A stretch of DNA of 64,000 bases from an uncultured Anaerolineaceae bacterium. GTDB taxonomy: Bacteria > Chloroflexota > Limnocylindria > Limnocylindrales > CSP1-4. Positions within the stretch are counted from its first letter, which is position 1; each line of letters starts with the position of its first letter. The DNA is taken from NCBI GenBank assembly GCA_964579825.1, contig CAZOHT010000008.1:33613-97612 (forward strand), given 5' to 3'. Below are positions 10,501 through 18,707 of this stretch, in pieces. The notes below the pieces were generated by a model that was not told the origin of the DNA, ran no database searches, and saw only the letters and a list, made by a program, of their open reading frames with translations. Position numbers and translations under genes: made by a program.

Positions 10501-13500
10501 TAGTCGGGCGTGGCCTCGAGCACCGGGTTGATCGTGTGGGTCAGCTGGCCGCGGTCGTCGTAGGTGTAGAAGGTCCGGTACAGGTCGTCGTTGGTGTTGG
10601 CCGAGTCGACCCGGCTGGCGTACAACTGGTCGGCACTCTGGCTCCAGGCGAGCTGCCCGCCGAGCAGCGGGTTGACGTAGTTGTCGACCTTGGCGCCAGC
10701 CCGGCTGCCCTGGCGGCTGACGACCGGATCGGCCGACGGCGTGCGGTAGGCGGTCGTTCGATTGACCCGCGACAGGCCGTCGAACTCGTGCTCCGTGCGC
10801 TTCGTGGCGGCGATCCCAGCGCCATCGGTCGGCCAGTTGCCGCTCGTCAGGCAATTGCCCGACGTGCAGCCCACCGGCACGTAGTCGATGAACGTCCGCC
10901 CGTCGGCGATCAGGTCGGTATGGATCGCCGCCCCGGCGGCGATCGCTGGGCTGTCCTGCCACAGCGCCCTCGTCCCGAGCGGGTTCGTACCGCGGTCCCA
11001 GGCCAGGATCCGGATGAGGTCGGCGCCACTGGCCCCGTTGTGGCTCTTGTCGGTGATCTTCATCGGCGCCCCGCTCGACCAGTCGACAGTCAAGCGGTAG
11101 TCGTCCGGGCCGTTCGTGCTGGTGAGGTCCCAGCGCGGATCGCTGACGGTCGTCAGCCGGTGGTTGGCGTCGTACACGAATCCCGTGCAGCCCGACGGCG
11201 TCCCCGGCGTCGACCCGCAGACGGCCTCGCGCCGAGCCGGCTTCACCTGGACGAGGTCGCCCGAGGTGACCTTGAATGTCGTCGCCCGCCCGGTGATCGG
11301 GCTGCCCGGCGTCCCGAGCTTCTCGGTCAGCGTGGTCGAGCCGGCTGCCCGACTGATATCGATCCGTCGGGTGTACGAACCCCCGTCGGAGGGTCCGTGG
11401 ATCCCGGTCAACGTGTACGAGCGCTGGCTGTTCACGCTGGCCGTGTCGTACGTGTAATCGAGCGTGACGGTGTTCGCGTCGCGATCCTTGATGCTGGTCA
11501 GGAGCCCATCGCGGTTGAACGCGTGGACCGACCGGTCGGCGTAGGTGGCCAGGAAGTCGGCCGAGCCGGCGACGGATGCGGCCGGCAGGCTGCGGTAGGT
11601 GAGGTTGTCGAACAGGGCGAACGTGCCATCGACCGCGGACAGCACGTAGCCCGTCCAGCGCACGTCGTCGCCGACCGGGCCGTTGGGCGGCGGGGTCCCC
11701 GACGTCCCGAGCGGGTTGTCGTTGTAGAAGGACAGGATCTGACGGGCGTCCTCGAGCAGATTGCGCGTGACGTGCGACCAGGTGACCGGGACCTCGGCAC
11801 TGACCTGGATCGGGTTGACCGCGTCCGATGGTGGCGTGGACCCCGCGTAGTAGGTGATCGAGCCTGTGGCATAGCCGCCGGCGCCATCCGAGTCGAGGCG
11901 CAGGTCCTTGAGATCGAACCGGATCGCGACCGATTGGCCGCCGACCTTGCGCCAGTCCCAGGCGACGAACGGGTTGGCATACAGCCCACCCGATGACGTA
12001 AGCCAGCAGGACGTGGTCGTGTTGCAGGTCGGCGAGCCGGCGAGGTTGGCCGGCGTGACCTTGAGACTGTTCGACGACCCCGGTGCGCCCTCGGCGTAGC
12101 TCGAGGCCTTGGCCGGGTTGACCGAGAACGTCGGGAAGGTCGGCTCGGCCAGGACCGTCGAGGCACTCGGGCTGAAGTACATGCCGTCGAGGTAGGTCGA
12201 CCCAGAGCTCGACGGCCGGCTCTTGACGACGACACCGGTGACCTCGAACTGGTCGAACGTGCCGCCGGGAAGCAACGTGCGCACGTCGTCATACACGTTC
12301 CGCAGCGCGATCGTTCGCCAGGTGTCGGCCACCGTCCCGCCGTAGTCGACCTGGGCGAATCCGGTCGACCAGGTCGTGCCGACGGTGTACACGATCCAGG
12401 TATCGGGGTAGTCCGCGCTGTTCGTGGCGTTGTGGATCTTGAGGGCCACGCCGGTCCCGACGGCCGAAGTCGTCCGGATCGCGAACGAGAAGTAGCGATA
12501 CGTGTTGAGCGAGATGGTCGGCGTGTAGGCGGACAGGGAGATGTCGACGTCCGCGTTGACGCGCACGACGGACGGACCCGACTTGTCCGGGATGGTCTGG
12601 CTCGCGGCTGTGTACAACTTGCCGGTCAGCGTCGTCCCACCGCCGCCGTTCTCATCGAAGAACGTGATCCGCGGTCGCTCGACGAGGACCGGTGCCCCGG
12701 CGATCTGCCCCTGGCCGTCGGTGTTCAGGAAGCTGCGGGCACCCGACGCATCCTGGTACGTGTAGGCACCTGACTGGTCGGCTGCCGATGTGTCGGTGAA
12801 GTGCTCGTCCCAGTTGGTCGACCAGCCACACGCCTCGAGCATCCCGACGTACTTGGTCGGCGCGCCCGTCGATGGACAGTCGAGGACGGCGGTCGCGCTG
12901 TCGTAGTTGTAGGCGACGCCCATCGCCACCAGATCGCTGAAGCCGATCCCGCCGGCACCGGTGTAGTGCAGGTTGCGGGTCGCGAGGTCGATGCCGAGCG
13001 AGCCGCCGTCGCCGGTCGTCGTGGACTTCAGGTCGTTGCCCGGGGCGCCCGAACCGACCGTGACGCTGAACTCGTCGCGCTCGACCGACGACGAGCCGGT
13101 CCAGCGGGTGTTGTCGCTGGACAGGACCTTCTTGTCGCGACTGTTGTAGGCCGACGGCTTGGCCCAGTCCGACGCGTACAGCCGCGTCCCGCTCGATCCG
13201 CCGAAGCGATGGATGAGATCGAGCCGCAGGCTGTACGTGCCCGGCACCGAGGGCGGCGTGATGGCCAGCGACATGATCGGCGTCGGGTTGGCGCCGCCGA
13301 TCGCCGACGGGACGTCGGCCGCGAAGTCGGCCTGGCCGGACGCCGCGGTCTTGCCCTTCTGGTCGAGGAAGCGATAGCCGACCTGGTAGCAGTCGGCGTC
13401 GCCTGCGCTCGTGCAGCGGTCGAACGCGAAGCCCGACACGTTGTTGGTCAGGGTGATCGGCAACACGGTGGCGACGCCGGCGGTCATCGAGCTCGGGGCG

Positions 13501-15479
13501 TAGTTGGCGCCGAGCTTTGCGTCGAAGTCGATGGCGACCTTGGGCACCTCGTAGGTGATGGTGAGCTTGGGTCGGTTCGACAGGGTGCCATTGGTGGAGG
13601 TGTAGAAGTCGGTCTCCCAGAAGCCAGCACCCTCAGAGCTCATCTTGAGTTCGAACCCGAGGTTGGCCTTCCAGTCGACGCCACGTCGGGTGTAGTGGGC
13701 ACGGACGGCGTTGGTCACATCGAAGTCGACCGTGCAGTCGGTCGCGCCGGTCGAGCAGGTCAGGACGTTCGGGCTGTCGTAGCCGGTCAGGACCTTGCCG
13801 TTGACATCGTTCCAGGTCGAGGTGTTGCCCCAGCCGACCTTGAGCGGGCGGGCCATGAGGTAGCGGTTGGCGCCGTAGCGGTTGATGTCCTCGCGCAGAC
13901 TGAGCGTGGCGCTCGTGACCACCGATGCCGTCGTGCCCGACGGGAAGAGCGATGGTGGCGGGAAGTACAGGTATGAGCGCAGCATCCCCCACGCGGCATC
14001 GGGGCTGCCGATGTTGTCGTCGCCCATGCGCAGGGTCGACGGGGAGGTCGGATACGTCGTCGGGTTGCCCTGGCCGGCGTACGTCTCGATGTAGTACAAC
14101 GTGGAGCCATTGACGGTGCAGCCCGATCCGCCGACCACGATGCACGCGGTCGGATCGAGCGTGACCGGGTAGATCGCGTCGGTGAGCCAGGCCTCATCGA
14201 GCGTGTAGGTCAGCGCGGTCTCGCCGCCATCGAGCGCCTCGACCGAGACGACGACCGCCGACTCCGGCGCCGGCATGTACAGGCCGTCGATGAGGACCGG
14301 CGCGCTGATGCGACCGACCTCGACCATGACGTCGCGGCCGTCCTCGGTCTGCGGCGCCTGGAGCAGGATCGTCCGTCCATCGCGATCGAGGGTCACCGTC
14401 AGCCCGGGTGCCTCGATCACGAAGGTGAACCGGTGACTGCCACCGGCGGCATCGAGCACGGCACCGAACTCGAATCCGGTGTCGACCGCCTTGACCGTGA
14501 TCCGGTCGAGACCGCTCGGGCCCTCCACGACGACCGTGCCTTCGGGCAGCGGCTGGGCATCCGGCTTGACGATCGGGCCGGTCGGTACCTCGGGTGTCGG
14601 TGTCGGCTCAGCGGTCGGCGAGGGTGTCGGTGCGGACGATGGCGACGGCGACGGGTTTGGATCGGGGCTCGGGCTGGTTGAGGGGCTGGGGCTGGCGCCG
14701 GGAATCGGGTCCGGGCTGGATCCGGCGCTCGGCGAAGGAGAAAGGCTCGGCGACGCGGATGGACTGGCCGCCGCCCCGACCTCGGCGTCGGGGCTGGTCA
14801 CCGGAGCGGCGGTGGCCGTCGGCGAAGGCGCCGGCGATGCGGGCGTGTCCGGCTGGACGACGGGCTCCGTGGGCAGTCCGAAGATCGTCTTCCCATCGGA
14901 CACGGTCGCTTGACCGTAGCCCGGGACACGGAGGTGGAGGATCCCGCTGCCGCCGGACATCTCGACGAGACCGTCGTTGGCGTCCTTAGTCGACACGGTC
15001 ACCTGGCGGTCGTTGCTCGCGACCTTGAAGCTGTCGTCGCCCGCGGGCACGAGGCTCAGGTCGATCGCCTGCCAGACCCCGCCCGGGTCCAGGAAGTTGA
15101 GTCGACCCGCCGATGCGTCCAGGGTGAACGAACCGTCCTTGTTGGCGGTCTGGGTGGTGTGCTCGGAACGCGCGGAGATGACCTCGGTGTCTTCGGCCGG
15201 CGGGACGTACTTGACATCGCGCGGACGGATCCGGGTCCCGTCCGCCAGGACCTCGACCCCTGCCGCATCGGCGCTCGCGGCACCCGACAGGTCGATCGGG
15301 GCTGCCTCGGCCTCGACGGCGGTGCCCGGTGGGATGGCCTTGCCGGGGATCGGATCCGCTTGTCGTGGTCCGATGGCCGAGGCTGCGGCCGGAGCGACTG
15401 GAACCACGAGGAGGAGCTCAGCCAGAATCAGAGCCGGTAGCACGGCGGCGGCGCGGCCGGACCAGCGGGTCCCCCTCAT
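4551..15479 (-). CDS. Giant secreted RHS/YD-repeat polymorphic toxin (WapA/teneurin-like) with a Pro/Ser-rich linker, two CBM_4_9-like domains, a LamG-like domain and an AHH-family HNH nuclease C-terminal toxin
   Basis: Signal peptide MRGTRWSGRAAAVLPALILAELLLVVPVAPAAASA. Long PS-rich low-complexity stretch. Two NPGFEDG...W...YVDDI(A/T)(L/V) modules (CBM_4_9-like). LamG-like IDEVAVYKVALDRSQMANLY. Dozens of YDxxGR repeats. RHS core terminus GNPASLIDPTGH. C-terminus AQAHHIVEV...NGVYLDRGFH...Y...L resembles AHH. Confidence 0.85.
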   Translation of the reverse strand: MRGTRWSGRAAAVLPALILAELLLVVPVAPAAASAIGPRQADPIPGKAIPPGTAVEAEAAPIDLSGAASADAAGVEVLADGTRIRPRDVKYVPPAEDTEVISARSEHTTQTANKDGSFTLDASAGRLNFLDPGGVWQAIDLSLVPAGDDSFKVASNDRQVTVSTKDANDGLVEMSGGSGILHLRVPGYGQATVSDGKTIFGLPTEPVVQPDTPASPAPSPTATAAPVTSPDAEVGAAASPSASPSLSPSPSAGSSPDPIPGASPSPSTSPSPDPNPSPSPSSAPTPSPTAEPTPTPEVPTGPIVKPDAQPLPEGTVVVEGPSGLDRITVKAVDTGFEFGAVLDAAGGSHRFTFVIEAPGLTVTLDRDGRTILLQAPQTEDGRDVMVEVGRISAPVLIDGLYMPAPESAVVVSVEALDGGETALTYTLDEAWLTDAIYPVTLDPTACIVVGGSGCTVNGSTLYYIETYAGQGNPTTYPTSPSTLRMGDDNIGSPDAAWGMLRSYLYFPPPSLFPSGTTASVVTSATLSLREDINRYGANRYLMARPLKVGWGNTSTWNDVNGKVLTGYDSPNVLTCSTGATDCTVDFDVTNAVRAHYTRRGVDWKANLGFELKMSSEGAGFWETDFYTSTNGTLSNRPKLTITYEVPKVAIDFDAKLGANYAPSSMTAGVATVLPITLTNNVSGFAFDRCTSAGDADCYQVGYRFLDQKGKTAASGQADFAADVPSAIGGANPTPIMSLAITPPSVPGTYSLRLDLIHRFGGSSGTRLYASDWAKPSAYNSRDKKVLSSDNTRWTGSSSVERDEFSVTVGSGAPGNDLKSTTTGDGGSLGIDLATRNLHYTGAGGIGFSDLVAMGVAYNYDSATAVLDCPSTGAPTKYVGMLEACGWSTNWDEHFTDTSAADQSGAYTYQDASGARSFLNTDGQGQIAGAPVLVERPRITFFDENGGGGTTLTGKLYTAASQTIPDKSGPSVVRVNADVDISLSAYTPTISLNTYRYFSFAIRTTSAVGTGVALKIHNATNSADYPDTWIVYTVGTTWSTGFAQVDYGGTVADTWRTIALRNVYDDVRTLLPGGTFDQFEVTGVVVKSRPSSSGSTYLDGMYFSPSASTVLAEPTFPTFSVNPAKASSYAEGAPGSSNSLKVTPANLAGSPTCNTTTSCWLTSSGGLYANPFVAWDWRKVGGQSVAIRFDLKDLRLDSDGAGGYATGSITYYAGSTPPSDAVNPIQVSAEVPVTWSHVTRNLLEDARQILSFYNDNPLGTSGTPPPNGPVGDDVRWTGYVLSAVDGTFALFDNLTYRSLPAASVAGSADFLATYADRSVHAFNRDGLLTSIKDRDANTVTLDYTYDTASVNSQRSYTLTGIHGPSDGGSYTRRIDISRAAGSTTLTEKLGTPGSPITGRATTFKVTSGDLVQVKPARREAVCGSTPGTPSGCTGFVYDANHRLTTVSDPRWDLTSTNGPDDYRLTVDWSSGAPMKITDKSHNGASGADLIRILAWDRGTNPLGTRALWQDSPAIAAGAAIHTDLIADGRTFIDYVPVGCTSGNCLTSGNWPTDGAGIAATKRTEHEFDGLSRVNRTTAYRTPSADPVVSRQGSRAGAKVDNYVNPLLGGQLAWSQSADQLYASRVDSANTNDDLYRTFYTYDDRGQLTHTINPVLEATPDYPRAVESATKNWNGTTNTDILAYYRLEESSGTALDANTPGGGVVGTHTAVGQATSSNALTPSSASVGATYTAASNSVTKVGTFGSVTGSFSAVAWVKPASNGTSLAILGSRYGTAAGTDHSFDLKLYVDPTTKVRAILADIGNGSAWLRPSFKAPYDWQIGRWIQVGLSVDDAADTVAIYVDGVLISSGPFTTAGTPLVVDNTRKLQIGTNGRDSVTPEWFNGSIDEVAVYKVALDRSQMANLYASARSIAVVDQATSYDSLGHPVQTTDQFLANPGFEDGIASGWRSTSATFETTTVHAGGLGSIKLAGSGTTIQERTLVPGQTFRLQGWNLVSGAGTARYTASYWKRSSNNWVAFGGMGVDYSETSWTSHAWDLPIPMDSDGRVRVKIENSNAGGSVYVDDIALFTTFAQMTYGGTGLIETTTTLSPAGGGGVVVNNPVYASSAVNPAIFATSVIVNDVGTVTDATSEDLTTTTTYDAWGRPLVTTDPDGVTSTDHYKAAGQGNGAMTDRDTVTDGAGNATTTTYDLVGNALTVQLPLGPPTTTRYDALNHPIDVTTPDTIKTTYQYDLVGQRIAVIANDVPGVPTVLDDVITSYEYDAFGRVIKTTGDDGGIEAVSESTYDLLGNVLTSTVWPGAGGTGTPRVTTSDFASANGLSRAVPTGVKLPVTSTTGHACPSGSGTCNSVSVLDLNGRTVATRDAYDNLTVQRLDLAGRAVQAIVNYVDGTGGAAEPESDLVTTTTYGLTGLVTSVTDPAARTTTTAYDAVGRPNRVTDIASGRYAKTVYRPSGRVDRVSDARTTDGALVWTKSVYDAAGRVTKTLAHYDTSGEAQISAENFEDGSATDWSSSGDFVSAGSTLTAQLGVTSPTPASGEGRLKIDTGSAANAGAVWALSGTYQSSDTYKATAWVYAPIGTTINAYLGTNTDSDTSTSIAGTGTWQALTVTWTPATNQTVAYLAYKRVGSASSVSVYLDDITVWNASAAAQNALGPDTNIPTETVYDANSRIIRSIVIGGAPGDASLVTATGYDAMGRVTSVTVNDVAGGGTTGAVNLTSTTEYDPLGRVEDAFDATGTHTTYGYDRLGRTVATTANYDDGTSSGPTGADDLRSTFAYDALGELTAYCPATAVVVDSCNPTQTVTTGNDYKSAWHYTYDAMGRMATQVAPVNVTATALDTTVWAYETGGRLASVTDQSPTLFPTIGRHVDMAYDDVGRVTSSIVYAGSGTGSPKQTTTTAYAVDGSPTQTAWNGTNDGLDSHTLDFTYTGEGWLNEIKVGGTTMTDYDYVDGLVTSRVDTNPASTGTTYATGFSYDWAQQVKAVTAGSIYATSADFTYRFDGLIASRTFPNGETLTFAYDTARRPTTITKANGNTFSQTYDRDSNVLTEARSLTGPTGDNGTNTNTLTYDALGRLTGESGLASSRSYQYDRDGNRTRKVEGGTTTVDYFYDRTDQLTKQKINGGADITFAYDRYGNMTTSRDSAGTATTYAYDTASHLTSITAGAQSSTFKFDALGRNRERTVNGVVEKYAYVGTSEVTSVITGTTTRISAVTEDGSRVATKDGSTSAFLIPDLHGNVAAMEQAAAVTIANAIRYDAYGQTMGTPYTGTGSVKLDTKYQGRLDISPSTTPLYDMSARFYSPGIGAFTQLDSYAGSVQNPATMNRFLYALGNPASLIDPTGHYAEGQICNLGPEDCGAINWVPRSDGGGGGASGLRQPSKSQTSRTKDNDSSPTTVTPPLIKMVAGVWVGPSGAPFTQGDLDTVYTSCLVLRDEAACDAWRAGMDRIRQADQQFCEVNPEACQLQAEQRTAALVFGLELIVLAAATLDGIPGDEAAVGAGLVAPAGARLAAISQELANLSTPAGPAAGGFFGRSAALSREMLNRALLAELGPGAAKPVNAQAHHIVEVTRPAAAASRAVLERFGIDGDSALNGVYLDRGFHLTDTTRAVYTLEVSNLLQRANSRDEVIATLQFVRASLLAAQAAGTEWP

Positions 15480-16069
15480 CCGTCTTCCCCAAGCCGTCGA
15501 TCAGGCCGACAGCCTCCTCCTGGGTCACTCGACGATCAGTGGGGCGATCGCCCGATGTCGACCCATGACGCTCGCCCGCGCGCGGCGAGTGCTGTCGCGG
15601 ACTTTCGCCCGACCAACGGAGGCGTGTCAATAGGACTTATCCACAACTTTGGTCGACCATGACGGACATGGCAATTCGTGGATCGTCGCGGCGTTAGCGA
15701 CCGGCCCTATTTGATTGCCAAGCAGAGAGCCACCATGCCTTTCTCACGCGTTCGTGCGATTGGGCCTCCTCGACGTGCGAACCGCGTGGTACCACATGGT
15801 CGAGGCAAGGAATGAGCCGACCGTCCTGCGATGGACCTGAGTCGCCAGCTTGCGGGGCTGGCCGACGAACCACGTCCGAAGGGATCCCAAGGCGGCGTCC
15901 GCTCGGCCAGCGGCTCGCCGGCCTGACCCCCGAGCGCACTCACGGCGCCTCGACCAGCGTCAACCGTCTGGGCACCGAGCGCGTTGCTTACGCAATCTTG
16001 CTCCGGGGCTACGCGTCCAGCCTATGCTGGAGCTGTCCAGAGAGCGTAAACAGGGATGGGAGGCAGTCG

Positions 16070-16777
16070 TTGGACGCGGACGAGATCAAGGAGAAGCTCG
16101 CGGGCGCCGGCTACTCGCCAAACGGACCCACCAGACTCGCTAATGATCTCGGCGATCAGGTTCGGATCAAGGGCGTCGTCGTGAATGCGTACGACAACGG
16201 CACCGTTCAGGTGCAGGGTGTTCCCGAGCTGGCCGTGCAGGTCCGTGAGCTTCTCGGCGTATTGGATGGCGGTGGCAGACAACGGACCGCTCGCGGCCAA
16301 CCTGCTGCAGCGGCTGCCACCAACCGCGACGTCTTCGTCGTCTATGGGCACGACATTGGAGCGCGGACTCAGCTTGAAGCGATGCTGCGCCGTTGGAACC
16401 TTGAACCTCTAATCCTTGAGCAACTCCCGTCGGAGGGGACCACGCTTATCGAGAAGCTGGAGAAGTACGCCAGGGATGACGTTCGCTTTGGGGTTGTCCT
16501 AGCCACTCCCGACGACGTTGGAAATGCGGTAGGCAAGGACGACGAGCGCAAGTCCCGCGCGCGACAGAACGTCGTTCTTGAACTCGGTCTGCTACTGGCG
16601 AAGCTCGGTCGAGCACGGGTCGCGATCCTACTCAAGGATCAGGCGATGATGGAGCGACCGTCGGACCTCCAAGGGCTGATCTACTACGCCTTCACCGATG
16701 ATGTCGACGAGGTGAAGCTGCAGTTGGCCAAAGAGATGCACAAGCAAGGCATCGCCATCGACCTTGGCCGCGTGTAG
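16070..16777 (+). CDS. TIR-like domain protein (PF10137-type predicted nucleotide-binding TIR-like, as in CBASS/Pycsar-type effectors) with a ~60-aa N-terminal domain of unknown function. This is copy A of an inverted pair.
   Basis: GGGAGG-6 nt-TTG start at 16070 (the track ORF from 15812 carries a non-homologous extension). RDVFVVYGHD...LEPLILEQ...TLIEKLE...RFGVVLATPDDVG...RARQNVVLELGLLLAKLGRARVAILLKD...ERPSDLQGL matches my memory of the PF10137 consensus. 93.6% aa identity to 34701..35408. Confidence 0.55.
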   Translation: MDADEIKEKLAGAGYSPNGPTRLANDLGDQVRIKGVVVNAYDNGTVQVQGVPELAVQVRELLGVLDGGGRQRTARGQPAAAAATNRDVFVVYGHDIGARTQLEAMLRRWNLEPLILEQLPSEGTTLIEKLEKYARDDVRFGVVLATPDDVGNAVGKDDERKSRARQNVVLELGLLLAKLGRARVAILLKDQAMMERPSDLQGLIYYAFTDDVDEVKLQLAKEMHKQGIAIDLGRV

Positions 16778-17002
16778 GGCGCTACGAGCAACTGTTCTTG
16801 AACAGAATAGGCTTGCCTTGCGGGCCGAAGACCCTGTCGCGGAGTTAGCGCAGCGCTTGGCTCGTCTCAAAGGACCACAACCTGCCGTTGTCTGTTCCGA
16901 CCCCCAGCACGACCCCCTCTTGGGGAACGAAGTCCTTTCGTCGTCCGTTGAGTAGTCGAACGGCGGACTGCAATCCGCCTCGAAGAGCCATACATCGCTC
17001 AG

Positions 17003-18229
17003 TCAATCGGTCCCAGCCAACCCGACGAGCCACTCCGCACGAGCCAGAAGTTCGTCGAAGGTTACGATTTCCGGCTCGACCACACTTCGGCGAAACAACT
17101 CGAAGGAACGGATCTTCTCCACGTTCGGGCCTCCCCCCTCTCCGAGTAACTCTCGGAGCATGCCGATCAGCAGGTACGAGCGAGGTCGCATCAGGAACGT
17201 AACCTCGGTCGGGATCTCCGAGCCGTCCTCGGCGCGCTCGCGGAGCGCCTCGCCGATGTCTTCGATGGCGCGTCGCACGGTGCCTTGGGACTGTGCTATG
17301 CCCGCCGCGATGTCGCCCGATGGTGCGTACACCCCCGGTCGATAGTGGGGGCCAAGGAGGTTCGTCCGGTGCGTCTTGAACTCGGCGAAGGTCATCCATC
17401 GAACGACCCCAGACGTCCGCATCACCGCGTCGGCCCGCTTGCCCTCGTGCGCCATCGACGACCCGCCGACCACCTGCTCGAGGCGCTCCCTGTCCCACGA
17501 CGAGTAGAGCTGAGCCCCTAGCCCTGCGCCGAGTATCCAGGGGTTCAATTCAAAGAACATCTGCCACACCTTTTCCGGACTCTTGCCGGGAGCAGCCACG
17601 ACCGCGGCGTCGAATGCGTCGTCGTCCGTCAAGAGTGTGCGGAACCACTCAACTTCGGTCCGCCGCCGTCGCATGGCGATGACGTCATGTGCGGCCGCAT
17701 CATCACTTATGAGCGCCCGGAAGAATTCGGGGTCTCGTTCGTAGATCTGGCCGATTGCCTCGGGCGTCGAGAACACGGCGCGCACGGTCGCATCGTCAAC
17801 GCGAGACGTGGCTCCGCCTTCCACCGGTATGTACTCGATGTTTCGCAGGAGCTCAACGACACGTGCTGCTTCGTCACCCTGGAATGTGGCTACGTTCTTG
17901 ATCCTTGGCCCCGTTGCGAGGTTGTCGACTCGCTGGATCATGATCTTCGTAACGTTGCCAGGTGACCCGCTCACCAGGAGCTTGAGCTGGACCCGGCCGG
18001 TGGGTGACTCGTGGACCAGCCACTGCGTCCCGTCTTCCTCAGTGGCCTCGATCACCGTGTCGCTGATGGGGTCGATGACCTTGTGAACGAAACGGGCCGG
18101 GACGCCGCCTGCCGATGGGTCTGGGAACGTCTTTGACAGGTACGTCTGGTCGGGCCTGCGGCCTTCGGCGTAGTCCACTTCGCCCGCTTGGCGATCATCC
18201 TTGAATGCGAACGGCTGCGGCATCGGCAC
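17003..18229 (-). CDS. Shedu-like (SduA, DUF4263) PD-(D/E)xK nuclease-domain protein
   Basis: 408 aa. C-terminal region KVWQMFFELNPWILG...GKRADAVMRT...RWMTFAEFKTHR resembles the DUF4263 motif (NPW.FG) with D...E.K restriction-endonuclease-like residues. The N-terminal domain is unrelated to anything I recognise, as in Shedu. Assigned from motif memory only. Confidence 0.4.
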   Translation of the reverse strand: MPMPQPFAFKDDRQAGEVDYAEGRRPDQTYLSKTFPDPSAGGVPARFVHKVIDPISDTVIEATEEDGTQWLVHESPTGRVQLKLLVSGSPGNVTKIMIQRVDNLATGPRIKNVATFQGDEAARVVELLRNIEYIPVEGGATSRVDDATVRAVFSTPEAIGQIYERDPEFFRALISDDAAAHDVIAMRRRRTEVEWFRTLLTDDDAFDAAVVAAPGKSPEKVWQMFFELNPWILGAGLGAQLYSSWDRERLEQVVGGSSMAHEGKRADAVMRTSGVVRWMTFAEFKTHRTNLLGPHYRPGVYAPSGDIAAGIAQSQGTVRRAIEDIGEALRERAEDGSEIPTEVTFLMRPRSYLLIGMLRELLGEGGGPNVEKIRSFELFRRSVVEPEIVTFDELLARAEWLVGLAGTD

Positions 18230-18707
18230 GGTCCCTACGGGTTGGATGAACGACTAGTATCGCCTACCGTGTTTGCATGCCCGTCAGACCTCGCCGCCGG
18301 CAGACGCACGCACATCGGCAACCTGCGGTCCCGGTGAGCAGACCAGTGCCACTTGCTCTCATGCTCCGTGCGGAGTATCTAAGAGTCCCCGAATCGCGAC
18401 GGGCTTCCCTTTCATGTGACTCCGACGCCGGTGTTGACACCATTGGCGGGCCCAAGGAGTCAGGGTGGCGTTCCCAGACGGTGGTGGTCGCCTTCTGGCC
18501 GCAGGTTCGAGACGTGTCGGCGAGGGAGATGGGCCCGGGCGACCGGGTTGTCGGTCGGCAATTGCACACGCATCAGGAAGGGCGAAGTGGTCCCACATCC
18601 GATGTTCTGGGCAGCCCTCGAGACAATGGAAGGCACGGACCCGAAATCTGTCGCGACGACGACCTGATGCTTGGCGTCACGAGCCACAACATGGGACTGT
18701 TGTCGGC

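Noticed and set aside
6027-14989. Dozens of 60-400-aa ORFs in alternative frames and on the opposite strand inside the giant RHS gene (e.g. 6691..7665, 9606..11996, 12801..13976)
   Set aside because: All are Arg/Gly/Asp/Pro-rich mirror-frame artefacts of the GC-rich RHS coding sequence. None has protein-like composition.
15812-16069. N-terminal 86-aa extension of the TIR-like ORF as given in the ORF track
   Set aside because: The extension is absent from the inverted paralogue. Both copies have a strong Shine-Dalgarno immediately before a conserved TTG. The extension's composition is junk-like.
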